IMG/VR virus record: IMGVR_UViG_3300027860_000007
Span: 10,400-74,399 of that record
From: a virus
Reading direction: 5' to 3' (one strand)
DNA: 64,000 nucleotides
Shown here: piece after piece, positions 1 to 9,426 of the stretch
How positions within the stretch are numbered: position 1 is the stretch's first letter
How the letters are laid out: each line of letters opens with the position of its first letter
Translations under genes and position numbers: made by a program
Notes under the pieces: generated by a model
Told to the model about the DNA's origin: nothing
Database searches by the model: none
Seen by the model: the letters and a program-made list of their open reading frames with translations, nothing else

Positions 1-1
1 A

Positions 2-415
2 GTATCCAGAACTGAAAATTTCCGTAAGGTAGACTATAAAACTTTGGTTTCTATAGCTAAAAAACTTAATTTAGAACATAAGAAACAGGTGTGCGTTTTT
101 AGAGATTTTAAAAGTTTTAATGGTTGGTTAGCTAACCAATTATCTGATAACGAAAAAAGAATAGAAGGTTATGTAATTGAAGATGCGAATGGGTTTCATT
201 TCAAGATAAAAATGCCTTATTATAATTTTTGGAAAGAAATGAGAAGCATTAAAGACAAAATCATTACTATGCGTGAAAAAGGGGTAGAAGTTAAAGTTTC
301 TCAACGAAACCCTACAGATTTAGGCAATAAAGTAATTAGTTTTCTATTAACTCAAGATAAAGAATTCTTAAAAAACGATATAATTACCATTAGAAAAGAG
401 TTTTATAAACTTTAA
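2..415 (+). CDS. RNA ligase (T4 Rnl1-like), C-terminal part; gene starts upstream of window
   Basis: Frame open from base 2; EGYVIED...FHFKIK..YY resembles nucleotidyltransferase motifs IV/V of T4 Rnl1. Confidence 0.6.
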   Translation, partial: VSRTENFRKVDYKTLVSIAKKLNLEHKKQVCVFRDFKSFNGWLANQLSDNEKRIEGYVIEDANGFHFKIKMPYYNFWKEMRSIKDKIITMREKGVEVKVSQRNPTDLGNKVISFLLTQDKEFLKNDIITIRKEFYKL

Positions 416-418
416 TAT

Positions 419-447
419 TTGACTTGTACCAAATAAAAAGGTAATAT
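419..447 (+). promoter_or_regulatory. sigma70-type promoter for yeaG operon
   Basis: TTGACT (419-424), 17 bp spacer, TAATAT (442-447). Confidence 0.65.
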
Positions 448-499
448 TAAAGAATAAGGCTTGAAATTATTATTTTTAATTAACAAAAAGGCGGCTTAC

Positions 500-2440
500 A
501 TGACGAAAAATATATTTAGTGATTTTGAAAAAACCTACAGCAAAAAACATCAAGTTGAGATGAGTATTCAGGAATACTTAGAAGGCTGTAAAAAAGATCC
601 AAGTATGTACGCAAGTCCAGCAGAAAGACTTTTGAAGAGTATAGGAAATCCAGAAATAATCGATACAAGTAAAGATTTACGATTGAGCAGGATTTTTAGT
701 AATAGAACTATTAAAGTATATCCAGCTTTCAAAGATTTTTTTGGAATTGAAGAAACTATTGAAAGTATTGTAGGATTTCTTCGTCATGCTGCTCAAGGGT
801 TAGAAGAAAAAAGGCAAATTCTATATTTGCTTGGACCAGTAGGTTCAAGCAAAAGTACATTGGCTGAAAGAATCAAACAACTAATTGAAGAACACCCAAT
901 TTATGTACTTAAAACTAAAAATGAATTGAGTCCAATTTTTGAAAGCCCTCTTGGTTTGTTTAACAAACATAAATTTGGAGAACAATTAGAAAAAGAATAT
1001 AAAATACCAAAAAGGTATATTACTGGTATTTGCAGCCCTTGGGCAACTAAACGCCTTGGGGAGTTTGAAGGAGATTTGTCACAGTTTTCAGTAGTGAAAC
1101 TTTATCCAAGTCAGCTTGAACAAATTGCAGTAGTAAAAACTGAACCAGGAGATGATAATAACCAAGATATTAGTAGTTTGGTTGGTAAAGTAGATTTGAG
1201 AAAACTAGAAGAGCTTTCACAAAATGATTCAGACGCTTATAGCTATTCTGGTGCATTGTGCAGAGGTAATCAAGGAATACTTGAATTTGTTGAAATGTTC
1301 AAAGCTCCGCTTAAACTTTTGCATCCTTTGCTTACTGCCACACAAGAAGGAAACTATAAAGGCACTGAAAATATACCAGCAATTCCTTTTACCGGTATGA
1401 TTCTAGCACATAGTAACGAAAGTGAATGGCAAAATTTTAAAAATAACAAAAACAATGAAGCATTTATTGATCGTATTTGTGTAGTCAAAGTTCCTTATTG
1501 TCTTCGTGTTGATGATGAAATTGAAATTTATAAAAAATATCTAAGTCATACAGATTTAAGTTCTCATCCTTGTGCACCACAAACTCTCGATATGCTTGCT
1601 AAATTCACAGTTCTAAGCCGCCTCAAAGAACCTGAAAATAGCAAGCTCCCTTTAAAAATGAGAGTCTATAATGGTGAAAACCTTAAAGAAGTTGAAGCAA
1701 GAGCTAAAAGCTATCAAGAGTATCGAGAAGCTGCTGGCGTAGATGAAGGTATGAGTGGTATTAGCACACGTTTTGCTTTCAAAGCGTTGAATAAAACTTT
1801 TAATTATGATACAGCAGAAGTTGCAGCGGATCCTGTGCATTTGATGAATGTACTAACTGATAGCATTAAGCAAGAACAATACCCAAGTGATTATGAAGAA
1901 AAATTAATTGGGTTGATTAAAGAAGAACTAGCTCCAGAATACACTAAATGGCTAGGTAAAGAAATTCAAAGAGCATATATTGAAGAATATCATGGTTATG
2001 CACAAAATGTTTTTGAAAAATATGTAGCTATGGCAGATGCTTGGAACCAAGAAAATGATTTCAAAGATTTTGATACTGGAAATATGCTTGATAAAGAAAA
2101 AGTCAATCAAGAGTTAGAAAAAATTGAAAAACCAGCAGGAATTGCAAACCCTAAAGATTTTAGACAAGAAATTGCTAGTTTTTGTCTAAGATACCAAAGT
2201 AAAAACGCAGGAAAATTACCTGTTTGGACTGGTTATGAAAAAATGAAAGAAGTTATAGAACATAAAATGTTTTCTACTATTGAAGATATTTTGCCAGTTA
2301 TTAGTTTTGGTACTAAAAAAGATAAGAAAACAGAAAACGATCATGCTGGATTTGTCCAACGTATGACTGATATGGGTTATACAGAAAGACAAATTAGAAG
2401 ACTTGTCGAATGGTATGTGCGTTCAAGAAATAGTAGATAG
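500..2440 (+). CDS. yeaG: PrkA/YeaG family AAA+ ATPase / serine protein kinase
   Basis: Walker A GPVGSSKS, KTEPGDDNNQDISSLVGKVD, EFVEMFK, HSNESEW motifs; likely start ATG 500 after AAGGCGG. Confidence 0.93.
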   Translation: MTKNIFSDFEKTYSKKHQVEMSIQEYLEGCKKDPSMYASPAERLLKSIGNPEIIDTSKDLRLSRIFSNRTIKVYPAFKDFFGIEETIESIVGFLRHAAQGLEEKRQILYLLGPVGSSKSTLAERIKQLIEEHPIYVLKTKNELSPIFESPLGLFNKHKFGEQLEKEYKIPKRYITGICSPWATKRLGEFEGDLSQFSVVKLYPSQLEQIAVVKTEPGDDNNQDISSLVGKVDLRKLEELSQNDSDAYSYSGALCRGNQGILEFVEMFKAPLKLLHPLLTATQEGNYKGTENIPAIPFTGMILAHSNESEWQNFKNNKNNEAFIDRICVVKVPYCLRVDDEIEIYKKYLSHTDLSSHPCAPQTLDMLAKFTVLSRLKEPENSKLPLKMRVYNGENLKEVEARAKSYQEYREAAGVDEGMSGISTRFAFKALNKTFNYDTAEVAADPVHLMNVLTDSIKQEQYPSDYEEKLIGLIKEELAPEYTKWLGKEIQRAYIEEYHGYAQNVFEKYVAMADAWNQENDFKDFDTGNMLDKEKVNQELEKIEKPAGIANPKDFRQEIASFCLRYQSKNAGKLPVWTGYEKMKEVIEHKMFSTIEDILPVISFGTKKDKKTENDHAGFVQRMTDMGYTERQIRRLVEWYVRSRNSR

Positions 2441-2450
2441 AATGAAAAAA

Positions 2451-2481
2451 TAGAGAAGTTATATTGATTATAACTTCTCTA
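2451..2481. terminator. Perfect 13-bp inverted repeat between yeaG and yeaH
   Basis: TAGAGAAGTTATA-TTGAT-TATAACTTCTCTA; A6 on the left gives a U-tract only on the minus strand. Confidence 0.55.
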
Positions 2482-2513
2482 ACCTTACAATTAAAATTTT
2501 TTGGTAATGTCCA

Positions 2514-3821
2514 ATGACAACAACTACTATTATAGATTCAAGAAGCAGTCATAACAAAAGCAAAAATGCTAATAATAGAAAACGCTTTATTGATCGTGTT
2601 AAACAGCAAGTTAAAGAAAGTGTTAGTGATAGCATTAGAAAAGATAAGCTATCTGATTTAGCTAAAGGTGACAAAATAAAAATAAAAGTTAAAGATACTA
2701 CAGAACCAAAATTTGGTCAAGATACTAATACTGGAAAAAATAATATAATATTACCTGGAAATAGAGATTTTAATAAAGGCGATAATATTCAAAGACCACA
2801 AAATGGCAAAGGCGGAAAACCTAAAAAGGGTGGTCAAGGAGAAGATTACGATGATGGCATAGAGTTTTTATTAACTAAAGAAGAATTCTATGATATTTTG
2901 TTTGAAGATTTAGAATTACCAGATCTTGTTAAAAAAGATATAGCAGGAACCACTGTATTTCAAACTGAAAGAAAAGGATTTACTACTAGTGGCAACCCAA
3001 GTAACTTAGATATTATTCGTTCTAGTAAAAACGCTATGGGAAGAAGAATAGCATTAGGAAGAATAGGAAAAACTAAACTTAAAGAATATCAGACAGAACT
3101 TTTTTCTTTGTTAGAAGAACCTGCCAAGAATAAATTAAGAATTTCAGAATTAGAAGAACTTATTAGGCGTGCAAAAGCAAAACAAGCTGCTATTCCTTAT
3201 ATTGATCCTTTAGACGTTAGATATAGAAAATTTGATAAAACTCCAAAACCAATTACTAATGCAGTAATGTTTTGCCTTATGGATGTCAGTGGAAGTATGG
3301 GCGAAACGGAAAAAGATATTGCAAAAAGATTTTTTCTACTTTTATACTTGTTCTTAACTAGAAAATATGATAAAGTAGAAGTAATATTTGTAAGACATAC
3401 TACAGAGGCTCAAGAAGTTGATGAAAATAAATTTTTCTATGATAGACTCAGTGGAGGTACTGAAATAAGTTCTGGTTTAACGCTAATAAATGAAATTATT
3501 GATTCTAGGTTTGACATAAGCAAAACTAACATTTATGTAAGTCAAGCAAGTGATGGCGAAAATTGGGATGCAGATAATTATAATTGTTTTCAACTATTAA
3601 AAGATAAAATATTACCAAAAGTACAATATTATGCTTATATTGAAATTTTAGAAAATATGCCTGGTAGATTTTACAATTCAAATGATGATGCTTTGTGGGC
3701 AACTTATCAAAAATTAGTAAATCAATTTAATCATTTTAAAACTAGAAAAGTATATGATAAATCACAGATTTTTGATGTATTTAAAGAACTATTTGCTAAA
3801 AAATCTTTAACTTTAAAGTAA
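2514..3821 (+). CDS. yeaH: YeaH/YhbH (DUF444) vWA-domain protein
   Basis: MIDAS-like MDVSGSM, SGGT, QASDGENW; position downstream of yeaG. Confidence 0.9.
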   Translation: MTTTTIIDSRSSHNKSKNANNRKRFIDRVKQQVKESVSDSIRKDKLSDLAKGDKIKIKVKDTTEPKFGQDTNTGKNNIILPGNRDFNKGDNIQRPQNGKGGKPKKGGQGEDYDDGIEFLLTKEEFYDILFEDLELPDLVKKDIAGTTVFQTERKGFTTSGNPSNLDIIRSSKNAMGRRIALGRIGKTKLKEYQTELFSLLEEPAKNKLRISELEELIRRAKAKQAAIPYIDPLDVRYRKFDKTPKPITNAVMFCLMDVSGSMGETEKDIAKRFFLLLYLFLTRKYDKVEVIFVRHTTEAQEVDENKFFYDRLSGGTEISSGLTLINEIIDSRFDISKTNIYVSQASDGENWDADNYNCFQLLKDKILPKVQYYAYIEILENMPGRFYNSNDDALWATYQKLVNQFNHFKTRKVYDKSQIFDVFKELFAKKSLTLK

Positions 3822-3826
3822 GATAA

Positions 3827-5407
3827 ATGAAAAAAAATATAACAGACAATAATGAATGGACTTTTGAAAAACTTGATTTTTTTTCAAAAGAAATAGAAAA
3901 AATAGCAAGAGAAGAATTAGAACTTGATCCATATCCAATTCAAGCACAAATTATATCAGCAGATCAGATGATTGATTCTTATGCTTCTCACGCTCTCCCA
4001 GTTCATTATGAACATTGGAGTATTGGTAAAAAGCATATTATTGAATCAAATAATTATGAAAAAGGTAAAAGTGGGTTAGCTTTTGAAATTATTGCTAATA
4101 CCAATCCTTCTATTGCCTATCTCATGGAAACAAATACTAATGTAGTTCAGGTATTAGTATTAGCACATTGTATGGGACATTCACAATATTTTAAGCATAA
4201 TTATATGTATAAGCAATGGAGTCAAGCAGATTTTATCGTAGAATATATGAAATTTGCTAAAGATTATATTAAACAATGTGAGAATAAATATGGTTTAGAA
4301 GCAGTAGAAAAAACTTTAGATGCAGCTCACGCTTTGCAATATAATGGAATTGACAAATATAAAAGAACAAATAAAACTTCAAAACAATTAAAAGAACAAA
4401 CCCTTGCTAGACAAAAATATAACCAAACGTCTTATAATAGCTTATGGGATAATATATTTTCTACTAAAAATAAGTTAGATAGTATTAAAACTCCTAACAA
4501 ATTAAAAGAATTAAATGCACAATATAAATCTCAAATACTTCCAAGACCAGAAGAAAATTTATTGTATTTCTTAGAAAAAAATAGTCCAGTACTACAGACT
4601 TGGCAACGTGAAATATTAAGAATAGTAAGAAAAATAAGTCAATATTGGTGGCCAGCTATGTCAGACAAGGTTACTAATGAAGGGTTTGCTTGTTTTACGC
4701 ATTATTACATTATGAATCGGTTATACGAAAAAGGATTTTTAACTGATGGTGAAATGATTGAATTCTTTAGCAATCATGCAAATGTAATTTTACAGACTTT
4801 TCCAGATTTTAGAACTGAAGATGAAAAGAAAAGAGATAGAGCAAGAGGTAAAGCGGAACCATATGCTTATAATGGAATAAATGTTTATGCTTTAGGGTTT
4901 GCAATGATGCAAGACGTTAAACGCATTTGTGAAAATCCAACTGAAGAAGATAAAAAATGGTTTCCTGATTTGATTGGGAAAAATTGGAAAGAAGTCATTA
5001 TTCACGACATTGTACCAAATTATAGAGATGAAAGTTTTATTAGACAATTTTTAAGTCCTAAAGTAATTAGAGATTTTAAATTATTTGCTATTCAAAGCGA
5101 TGAAGAAAATCCTAATTATTATGATGTTTTAGATATTCATAACCAAGAAGGATATAAAAATGTTAGAAAAATACTAGCAGATTCATATGATATTAATACT
5201 AAATTAGCAAATATTCAAGTAACGGATGTAGATTTTACTGGAGATAGAAAATTAACTTTAACTCATTATACAATAAATGATCAGCTATTAAATGATGATG
5301 TACTTAATGTTTTGCATTATGTAAAAGAACTTTGGGGATTTGACGTAACACTAAATACAGTAAATCGTCAAAATGAAACTTTAGAAAATTTTGATACAGA
5401 GAATTAA
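3827..5407 (+). CDS. spoVR: SpoVR/YcgB family protein
   Basis: EWTFE, HYEHWS.GK, AH.MGH, NEGFA, RDESFIRQFLSP motifs; synteny with yeaG-yeaH. Confidence 0.9.
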   Translation: MKKNITDNNEWTFEKLDFFSKEIEKIAREELELDPYPIQAQIISADQMIDSYASHALPVHYEHWSIGKKHIIESNNYEKGKSGLAFEIIANTNPSIAYLMETNTNVVQVLVLAHCMGHSQYFKHNYMYKQWSQADFIVEYMKFAKDYIKQCENKYGLEAVEKTLDAAHALQYNGIDKYKRTNKTSKQLKEQTLARQKYNQTSYNSLWDNIFSTKNKLDSIKTPNKLKELNAQYKSQILPRPEENLLYFLEKNSPVLQTWQREILRIVRKISQYWWPAMSDKVTNEGFACFTHYYIMNRLYEKGFLTDGEMIEFFSNHANVILQTFPDFRTEDEKKRDRARGKAEPYAYNGINVYALGFAMMQDVKRICENPTEEDKKWFPDLIGKNWKEVIIHDIVPNYRDESFIRQFLSPKVIRDFKLFAIQSDEENPNYYDVLDIHNQEGYKNVRKILADSYDINTKLANIQVTDVDFTGDRKLTLTHYTINDQLLNDDVLNVLHYVKELWGFDVTLNTVNRQNETLENFDTEN

Positions 5408-5416
5408 GGATTTTAT

Positions 5417-5656
5417 ATGCTTTATTTGCTTTTAGTCTTTTTAATGAGTTTTATGTTATGTAGTCTCATATTGCTTGGGATAGTCATATTTGTGAATAGA
5501 GCTATAAAAAAAGATTTGATATTAAAGAAAAAAATTTTTGAAGAACACGATTGCACAGCTCCCCATGTTTCAGAAAGTTATGTAGTAAAAGGCGGCATGA
5601 ATGATCCTGTTTCTGGAATCAAAAAACGACCTGTACCTCCAAAAAAATTATTATAA
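5417..5656 (+). CDS. small membrane protein
   Basis: RBS AGGA, N-terminal hydrophobic helix. Confidence 0.55.
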   Translation: MLYLLLVFLMSFMLCSLILLGIVIFVNRAIKKDLILKKKIFEEHDCTAPHVSESYVVKGGMNDPVSGIKKRPVPPKKLL

Positions 5657-5665
5657 AAATTTTTC

Positions 5666-5693
5666 TTGACTTATGAGTTTTATGTGCTAAGAT
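5666..5693 (+). promoter_or_regulatory. sigma70-type promoter
   Basis: TTGACT, 16 bp spacer, extended -10 TG-C-TAAGAT; upstream of AGGAG RBS at ~5715 and the tRNA. Confidence 0.6.
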
Positions 5694-5724
5694 TAAACTG
5701 TTAGTTCAAAAAATAGGAGTTTTT

Positions 5725-5963
5725 ATGATATATTCAGGCGATTTGGAAATAGGAAAAAATGACAAAAAATGATTACAGTCACATTACTGAAGTGACAGGT
5801 GATCTTTTAATTTGTAAAAAAGGTCAGCTTACCCAACATTAAAAAAGTGGCTAAATAACTTTATATTTTTGTTAACGCTGACCTACCTGCTCTTACTAAT
5901 GTAGGAGGAGTCATTATTATTGATGAAGTAGATTTAATTGCACCTAAACTTAAAGTGGCTTAA
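5725..5963 (+). pseudogene. frameshifted paralogue of the beta-solenoid repeat genes at 48236-49029
   Basis: Reads MIYSGDLEIGKND / DYSHITEVTGDLLI / VSLPNIKKV...NADLPALTNVGG across frame breaks, with shifts at A-runs and one in-frame TAA. Confidence 0.7.
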
Positions 5964-5973
5964 ATGAACATTT

Positions 5974-6050
5974 GTACCCTTAGCTCAGCAGGATAGAGCA
6001 TCAGCCTTCTAAGCTGAATGTCGTGGGTTCGACTCCCTCAGGGTACACCA
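5974..6050 (+). tRNA. tRNA-Arg (anticodon UCU), CCA encoded
   Basis: Acceptor GTACCCT/AGGGTAC, D-arm, anticodon stem TCAGC/GCTGA with loop CT-TCT-AA, TTCGA loop, 3' ACCA; one T-T mismatch in T-stem. Confidence 0.95.
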
Positions 6051-6191
6051 ACCTTACAAAAATTTTGATAGTGTTAATTTCAAATGCTTAATAGCTTAAT
6101 TATGATTATTTATGAAGTTGGAAACTATACAATAATCTCTTAGCTATCACCATCATAAATACATGAAGTTTTTGTTACAATAGGATTAAGT

Positions 6192-7454
6192 ATGGATTTT
6201 CTGGAAATCATTCAGCAACGGGGTTTTCTGCATCAGGTAACGGACGAAGCGACATTAAAACAGGCATTTACACAGCCTGTTACTGCCTATATTGGTTTTG
6301 ACTGTACGGCTGCCAGCCTGCATGTCGGTAGTCTGATGCAGATTATGGTGCTTCGCTGGCTGCAAAAATGCGGACATCGCCCTATTGCCTTAATGGGAGG
6401 AGGCACGACCCGTATTGGGGATCCTTCAGGAAAGGATGAAACCCGCAAGCTCCTGAATGACGAAGATATTGCTACGAATATGGCAGGCATTAAAAAAGTA
6501 TTCGGTAATTTCATCCAGTTTGAACAGCAGGGCGGTAACGCCCTTATGGTGGATAATAATGACTGGCTGAAAGACATTAACCTGATTAATTTTTTACGGG
6601 ATTATGGCAGGCATTTTTCCGTCAACCGCATGTTATCCATGGATAGTGTGAAATTGCGGTTGGAACGTGAACAGAATCTCAGTTTCCTTGAATTTAACTA
6701 TATGGTTATGCAGTCTTATGATTTTGTGGAGTTAAATCAGCGGTTTGATTGCCGTTTGCAGATTGGTGGCAGTGACCAGTGGGGTAATATTGTCAACGGG
6801 GTGGAGCTGCATCGCAAGGTAAATACTGGAAAGCCTGCCGTCTTTGGCTTAACCACTCCGCTGATTACCACCGCTTCGGGAGCGAAAATGGGCAAAACGG
6901 CGAGCGGTGCGGTGTGGTTGAATCCCGATTTCCTTTCCCCCTTTGATTACTGGCAATTCTGGCGAAATACGGAAGATGCGGATGTGGGTAGATTCCTGCG
7001 ATTCTTTACCGAATTACCGCTCGACGAAATTAACAAGCTGGAAGCCTTGCAGGGTGCAGAAATTAACGAAGCCAAGAAAATACTGGCGAATGAAGCAACC
7101 AAACTGGCTCACGGGGAAGCAGCAGCACTTGCAGCCGCCGAAACGGCACGACGTACCTTTGAAGAGGGAACAGCGGGAGCGGATTTGAAAACTTATGAGG
7201 TGGAATCAGAGCGATTGGAGGCAGGTATTCCAGCCTCCCAACTGTTTCATGAAGCAGGGTTAAAGGAGAGCAAAGGAGAAGCAAAAAAACTGATTGAAGC
7301 AGGCGGAGCCAAAGTCAATGACGAAAAAATTACGGATGTCCGACTGCTAATTACTAACAAATATGTATTGCCTGAAGGCTATATTAAATTGACAGCAGGC
7401 AAAAAAAATCATTTATTGATAAAGGTTAAAAATTCAAATAAATATAATTCATAA
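6192..7454 (+). CDS. tyrS: Tyrosyl-tRNA synthetase
   Basis: YIGFD, HVGS (HIGH), [15 protein letters not shown] (KMSKS), C-terminal S4 domain; markedly GC-richer than flanks. Confidence 0.97.
   Translation: MDFLEIIQQRGFLHQVTDEATLKQAFTQPVTAYIGFDCTAASLHVGSLMQIMVLRWLQKCGHRPIALMGGGTTRIGDPSGKDETRKLLNDEDIATNMAGIKKVFGNFIQFEQQGGNALMVDNNDWLKDINLINFLRDYGRHFSVNRMLSMDSVKLRLEREQNLSFLEFNYMVMQSYDFVELNQRFDCRLQIGGSDQWGNIVNGVELHRKVNTGKPAVFGLTTPLITTASGAKMGKTASGAVWLNPDFLSPFDYWQFWRNTEDADVGRFLRFFTELPLDEINKLEALQGAEINEAKKILANEATKLAHGEAAALAAAETARRTFEEGTAGADLKTYEVESERLEAGIPASQLFHEAGLKESKGEAKKLIEAGGAKVNDEKITDVRLLITNKYVLPEGYIKLTAGKKNHLLIKVKNSNKYNS
7438..7444 (+). promoter_or_regulatory. T4-like late promoter ATAAATA
   Basis: Matches T4 late consensus core; similar sites at 6155, 11813, 18734, 19145, 22040, 42902 (+). 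Confidence 0.5.
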
Positions 7455-7477
7455 GCTAATTCCGTTAGGGTAAAGAA

Positions 7478-8854
7478 ATGAAGTTATTGGATTTATTTGA
7501 GTCAGTTAAAGAAGCTGTTTTATATCATGCAACAAATTTGGAATGTATTAGTAATATACTAACTTCAAATAGTTTAAGAGCAGATACTAATCATATTGAA
7601 AGTCTTATAAATCCAAGTTTAAAAAGCAACAAAATGATTTCTGGTGTCAGTCTTACTAGAGATAAAAAATTTGCTGATGAATGGGCAGACGTTATTCTTG
7701 TATTAGACTTAAATAAACTAAGACAAAATTATAAAATTAAGCAAGTTTCATATTTTAATGATGGTGAAACCGTTGACCGTACTGAAAGTGAAGAATTTAT
7801 TATTGGTAATATCAATAACTTAGATCGTTATCTTGTTGATATATATTTTCCTAAGAGATTAGAAAAAAATTATACGAATATTGCATGGGTCGAAAAAAAT
7901 ATAAAACCATACCCAAAAGAATACGAAGGCTGGAAATCATTAGCTAACAATAAATTTTTTAAGAATAAAATTAATGAAAGTCTATTAGAATCAAAAAGTG
8001 CAAATCTTTATCATTCGACAGCTATAAGACATGCTATAAAAATAATTGAAGAAAATTATATAAAAGATGCAACACCGCATATAATTAATGATAAAACACA
8101 AAATGGCGTTTCCCTTACTAGAGATATAAACTTTGCAAAATTATGGAAAACTGATTATATTCGTGTTATATTCTGTTTTGATCAACAAAAATTATCTCAA
8201 AGATATAAAATATTACCTATTGATTATTTTAGCATAAATGACATAGATGAAGCAGGCAATGATGATATAATTGCTGATGAATTCAGAAGGAGAGACAAAT
8301 ATGCAGAAGCAGAAGAATTTGTAATTGGTGCTATATCGCCTGTAGATAAATATTTGAAAGCAATCTATATAACACAAGACTGTAAAAAATATCTAGAAGA
8401 TGGTACTAGAAGTAGTAACCCTAGCGTAATTTTAAATCATCCAAAATTAAGAATTATTGACAATAAAATGGGTGTAAGAGTCAATGAAAGCAATAATCAA
8501 TTAGAATTTCAAGAAAGAATGATAGCAGCTCAAGAATTAAAAGATAAAGTAATCGAAACTCGCCAAAAATTACAAATTGATGGAAATGGCTATATTACTT
8601 TATACCATGCAACTAGCGAAAAAAATGCTCAATCTATTATGAATAATGGAAAGTTTCATAGCCAATCTTTTTTTGCTCCATCAAAGGCTCAAACTTTACC
8701 TCATGCAAGGCCAAAACATGGTAAAGATACAATAACAATTTCAATAAAAGTAGATCCAAGAGATATTGAATTTAGTACAGGTACTGGTGAATTTTACTGT
8801 CCGCATGAACTTATCCGCAATGAATATGGCATTTGGGAAACAACTTCTCTATGA
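7478..8854 (+). CDS. Multi-domain protein with three ADP-ribosyltransferase-like domains; putative virion internal protein
   Basis: Repeated LYH(A/S)T...GVSLTRD...E.EEF units separated by INES/VNES linkers; leader MKLLDLFE. Confidence 0.55.
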   Translation: MKLLDLFESVKEAVLYHATNLECISNILTSNSLRADTNHIESLINPSLKSNKMISGVSLTRDKKFADEWADVILVLDLNKLRQNYKIKQVSYFNDGETVDRTESEEFIIGNINNLDRYLVDIYFPKRLEKNYTNIAWVEKNIKPYPKEYEGWKSLANNKFFKNKINESLLESKSANLYHSTAIRHAIKIIEENYIKDATPHIINDKTQNGVSLTRDINFAKLWKTDYIRVIFCFDQQKLSQRYKILPIDYFSINDIDEAGNDDIIADEFRRRDKYAEAEEFVIGAISPVDKYLKAIYITQDCKKYLEDGTRSSNPSVILNHPKLRIIDNKMGVRVNESNNQLEFQERMIAAQELKDKVIETRQKLQIDGNGYITLYHATSEKNAQSIMNNGKFHSQSFFAPSKAQTLPHARPKHGKDTITISIKVDPRDIEFSTGTGEFYCPHELIRNEYGIWETTSL

Positions 8855-9387
8855 AAGTTAAAGAATTACTAGAACAATTAACTATCTTAAATGAAAATAA
8901 CAGAGCAGATATTTACCATTCGACTCCTTATTATCATGCAATAAGCATTTTACAAACAAATATTATGCGAGCAGAAACCTCTCATAAAATTAATGGTAAA
9001 AAAGTTTATGGATGTTCTTTTACTAGAGATTTAAACTTTGCAAAAAATTGGGGGTTTAGAAGTAATTTGCCTATAATTTTTGATGTGGACTTTAACAAAT
9101 TAAATCAAAATTATAAGATTACACCAATAAATTATTTTAATCAATCTATTCCAAATGATAAAGAATCTGCAATTTTAAGACAAGGTGCTGAAGCAGAAGC
9201 AGAAGAATTTGTAATTGGCAAAATATCTAATTTTAATAACTATTTAAAAGAAATTTTAATTACAAAATTAACTCATATAGCTTTACTTGATTTAAAAAAC
9301 AACGGTGATGATATTGATGATAATAATATTTTAAGAGCCGATCTTTACACTATTTTAAATCATCCAAAATTAAGAATTATCAATTAA
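8851..9387 (+). CDS. Single ART-like domain protein, paralogue of 7478-8854
   Basis: IYHST...GCSFTRD...EAEEF; start MKVKELLE overlaps upstream stop (ATGA). Confidence 0.55.
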   Translation: MKVKELLEQLTILNENNRADIYHSTPYYHAISILQTNIMRAETSHKINGKKVYGCSFTRDLNFAKNWGFRSNLPIIFDVDFNKLNQNYKITPINYFNQSIPNDKESAILRQGAEAEAEEFVIGKISNFNNYLKEILITKLTHIALLDLKNNGDDIDDNNILRADLYTILNHPKLRIIN

Positions 9388-9410
9388 ATCTTTATTTTTG
9401 ATTAAAATTA

Positions 9411-9419
9411 TGCTATAAT
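9411..9419 (+). promoter_or_regulatory. Extended -10 promoter (TGCTATAAT), possibly leaderless primase mRNA
   Basis: Perfect TGnTATAAT 8 nt before ATG 9427, no SD. Confidence 0.5.
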
Positions 9420-9426
9420 AAAGCAT

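Noticed and set aside
6051-6191. T-box riboswitch upstream of tyrS
   Set aside because: Region is short and AT-rich with no T-box consensus or antiterminator
6287-7284. Overlapping ORFs inside tyrS (6287-6577, 6943-7188, 7063-7284)
   Set aside because: Shadow ORFs caused by the locally higher GC; no RBS or recognisable motifs
5974-7454. tRNA-anchored integrative element carrying tyrS
   Set aside because: No integrase and no duplicated tRNA 3' end found downstream
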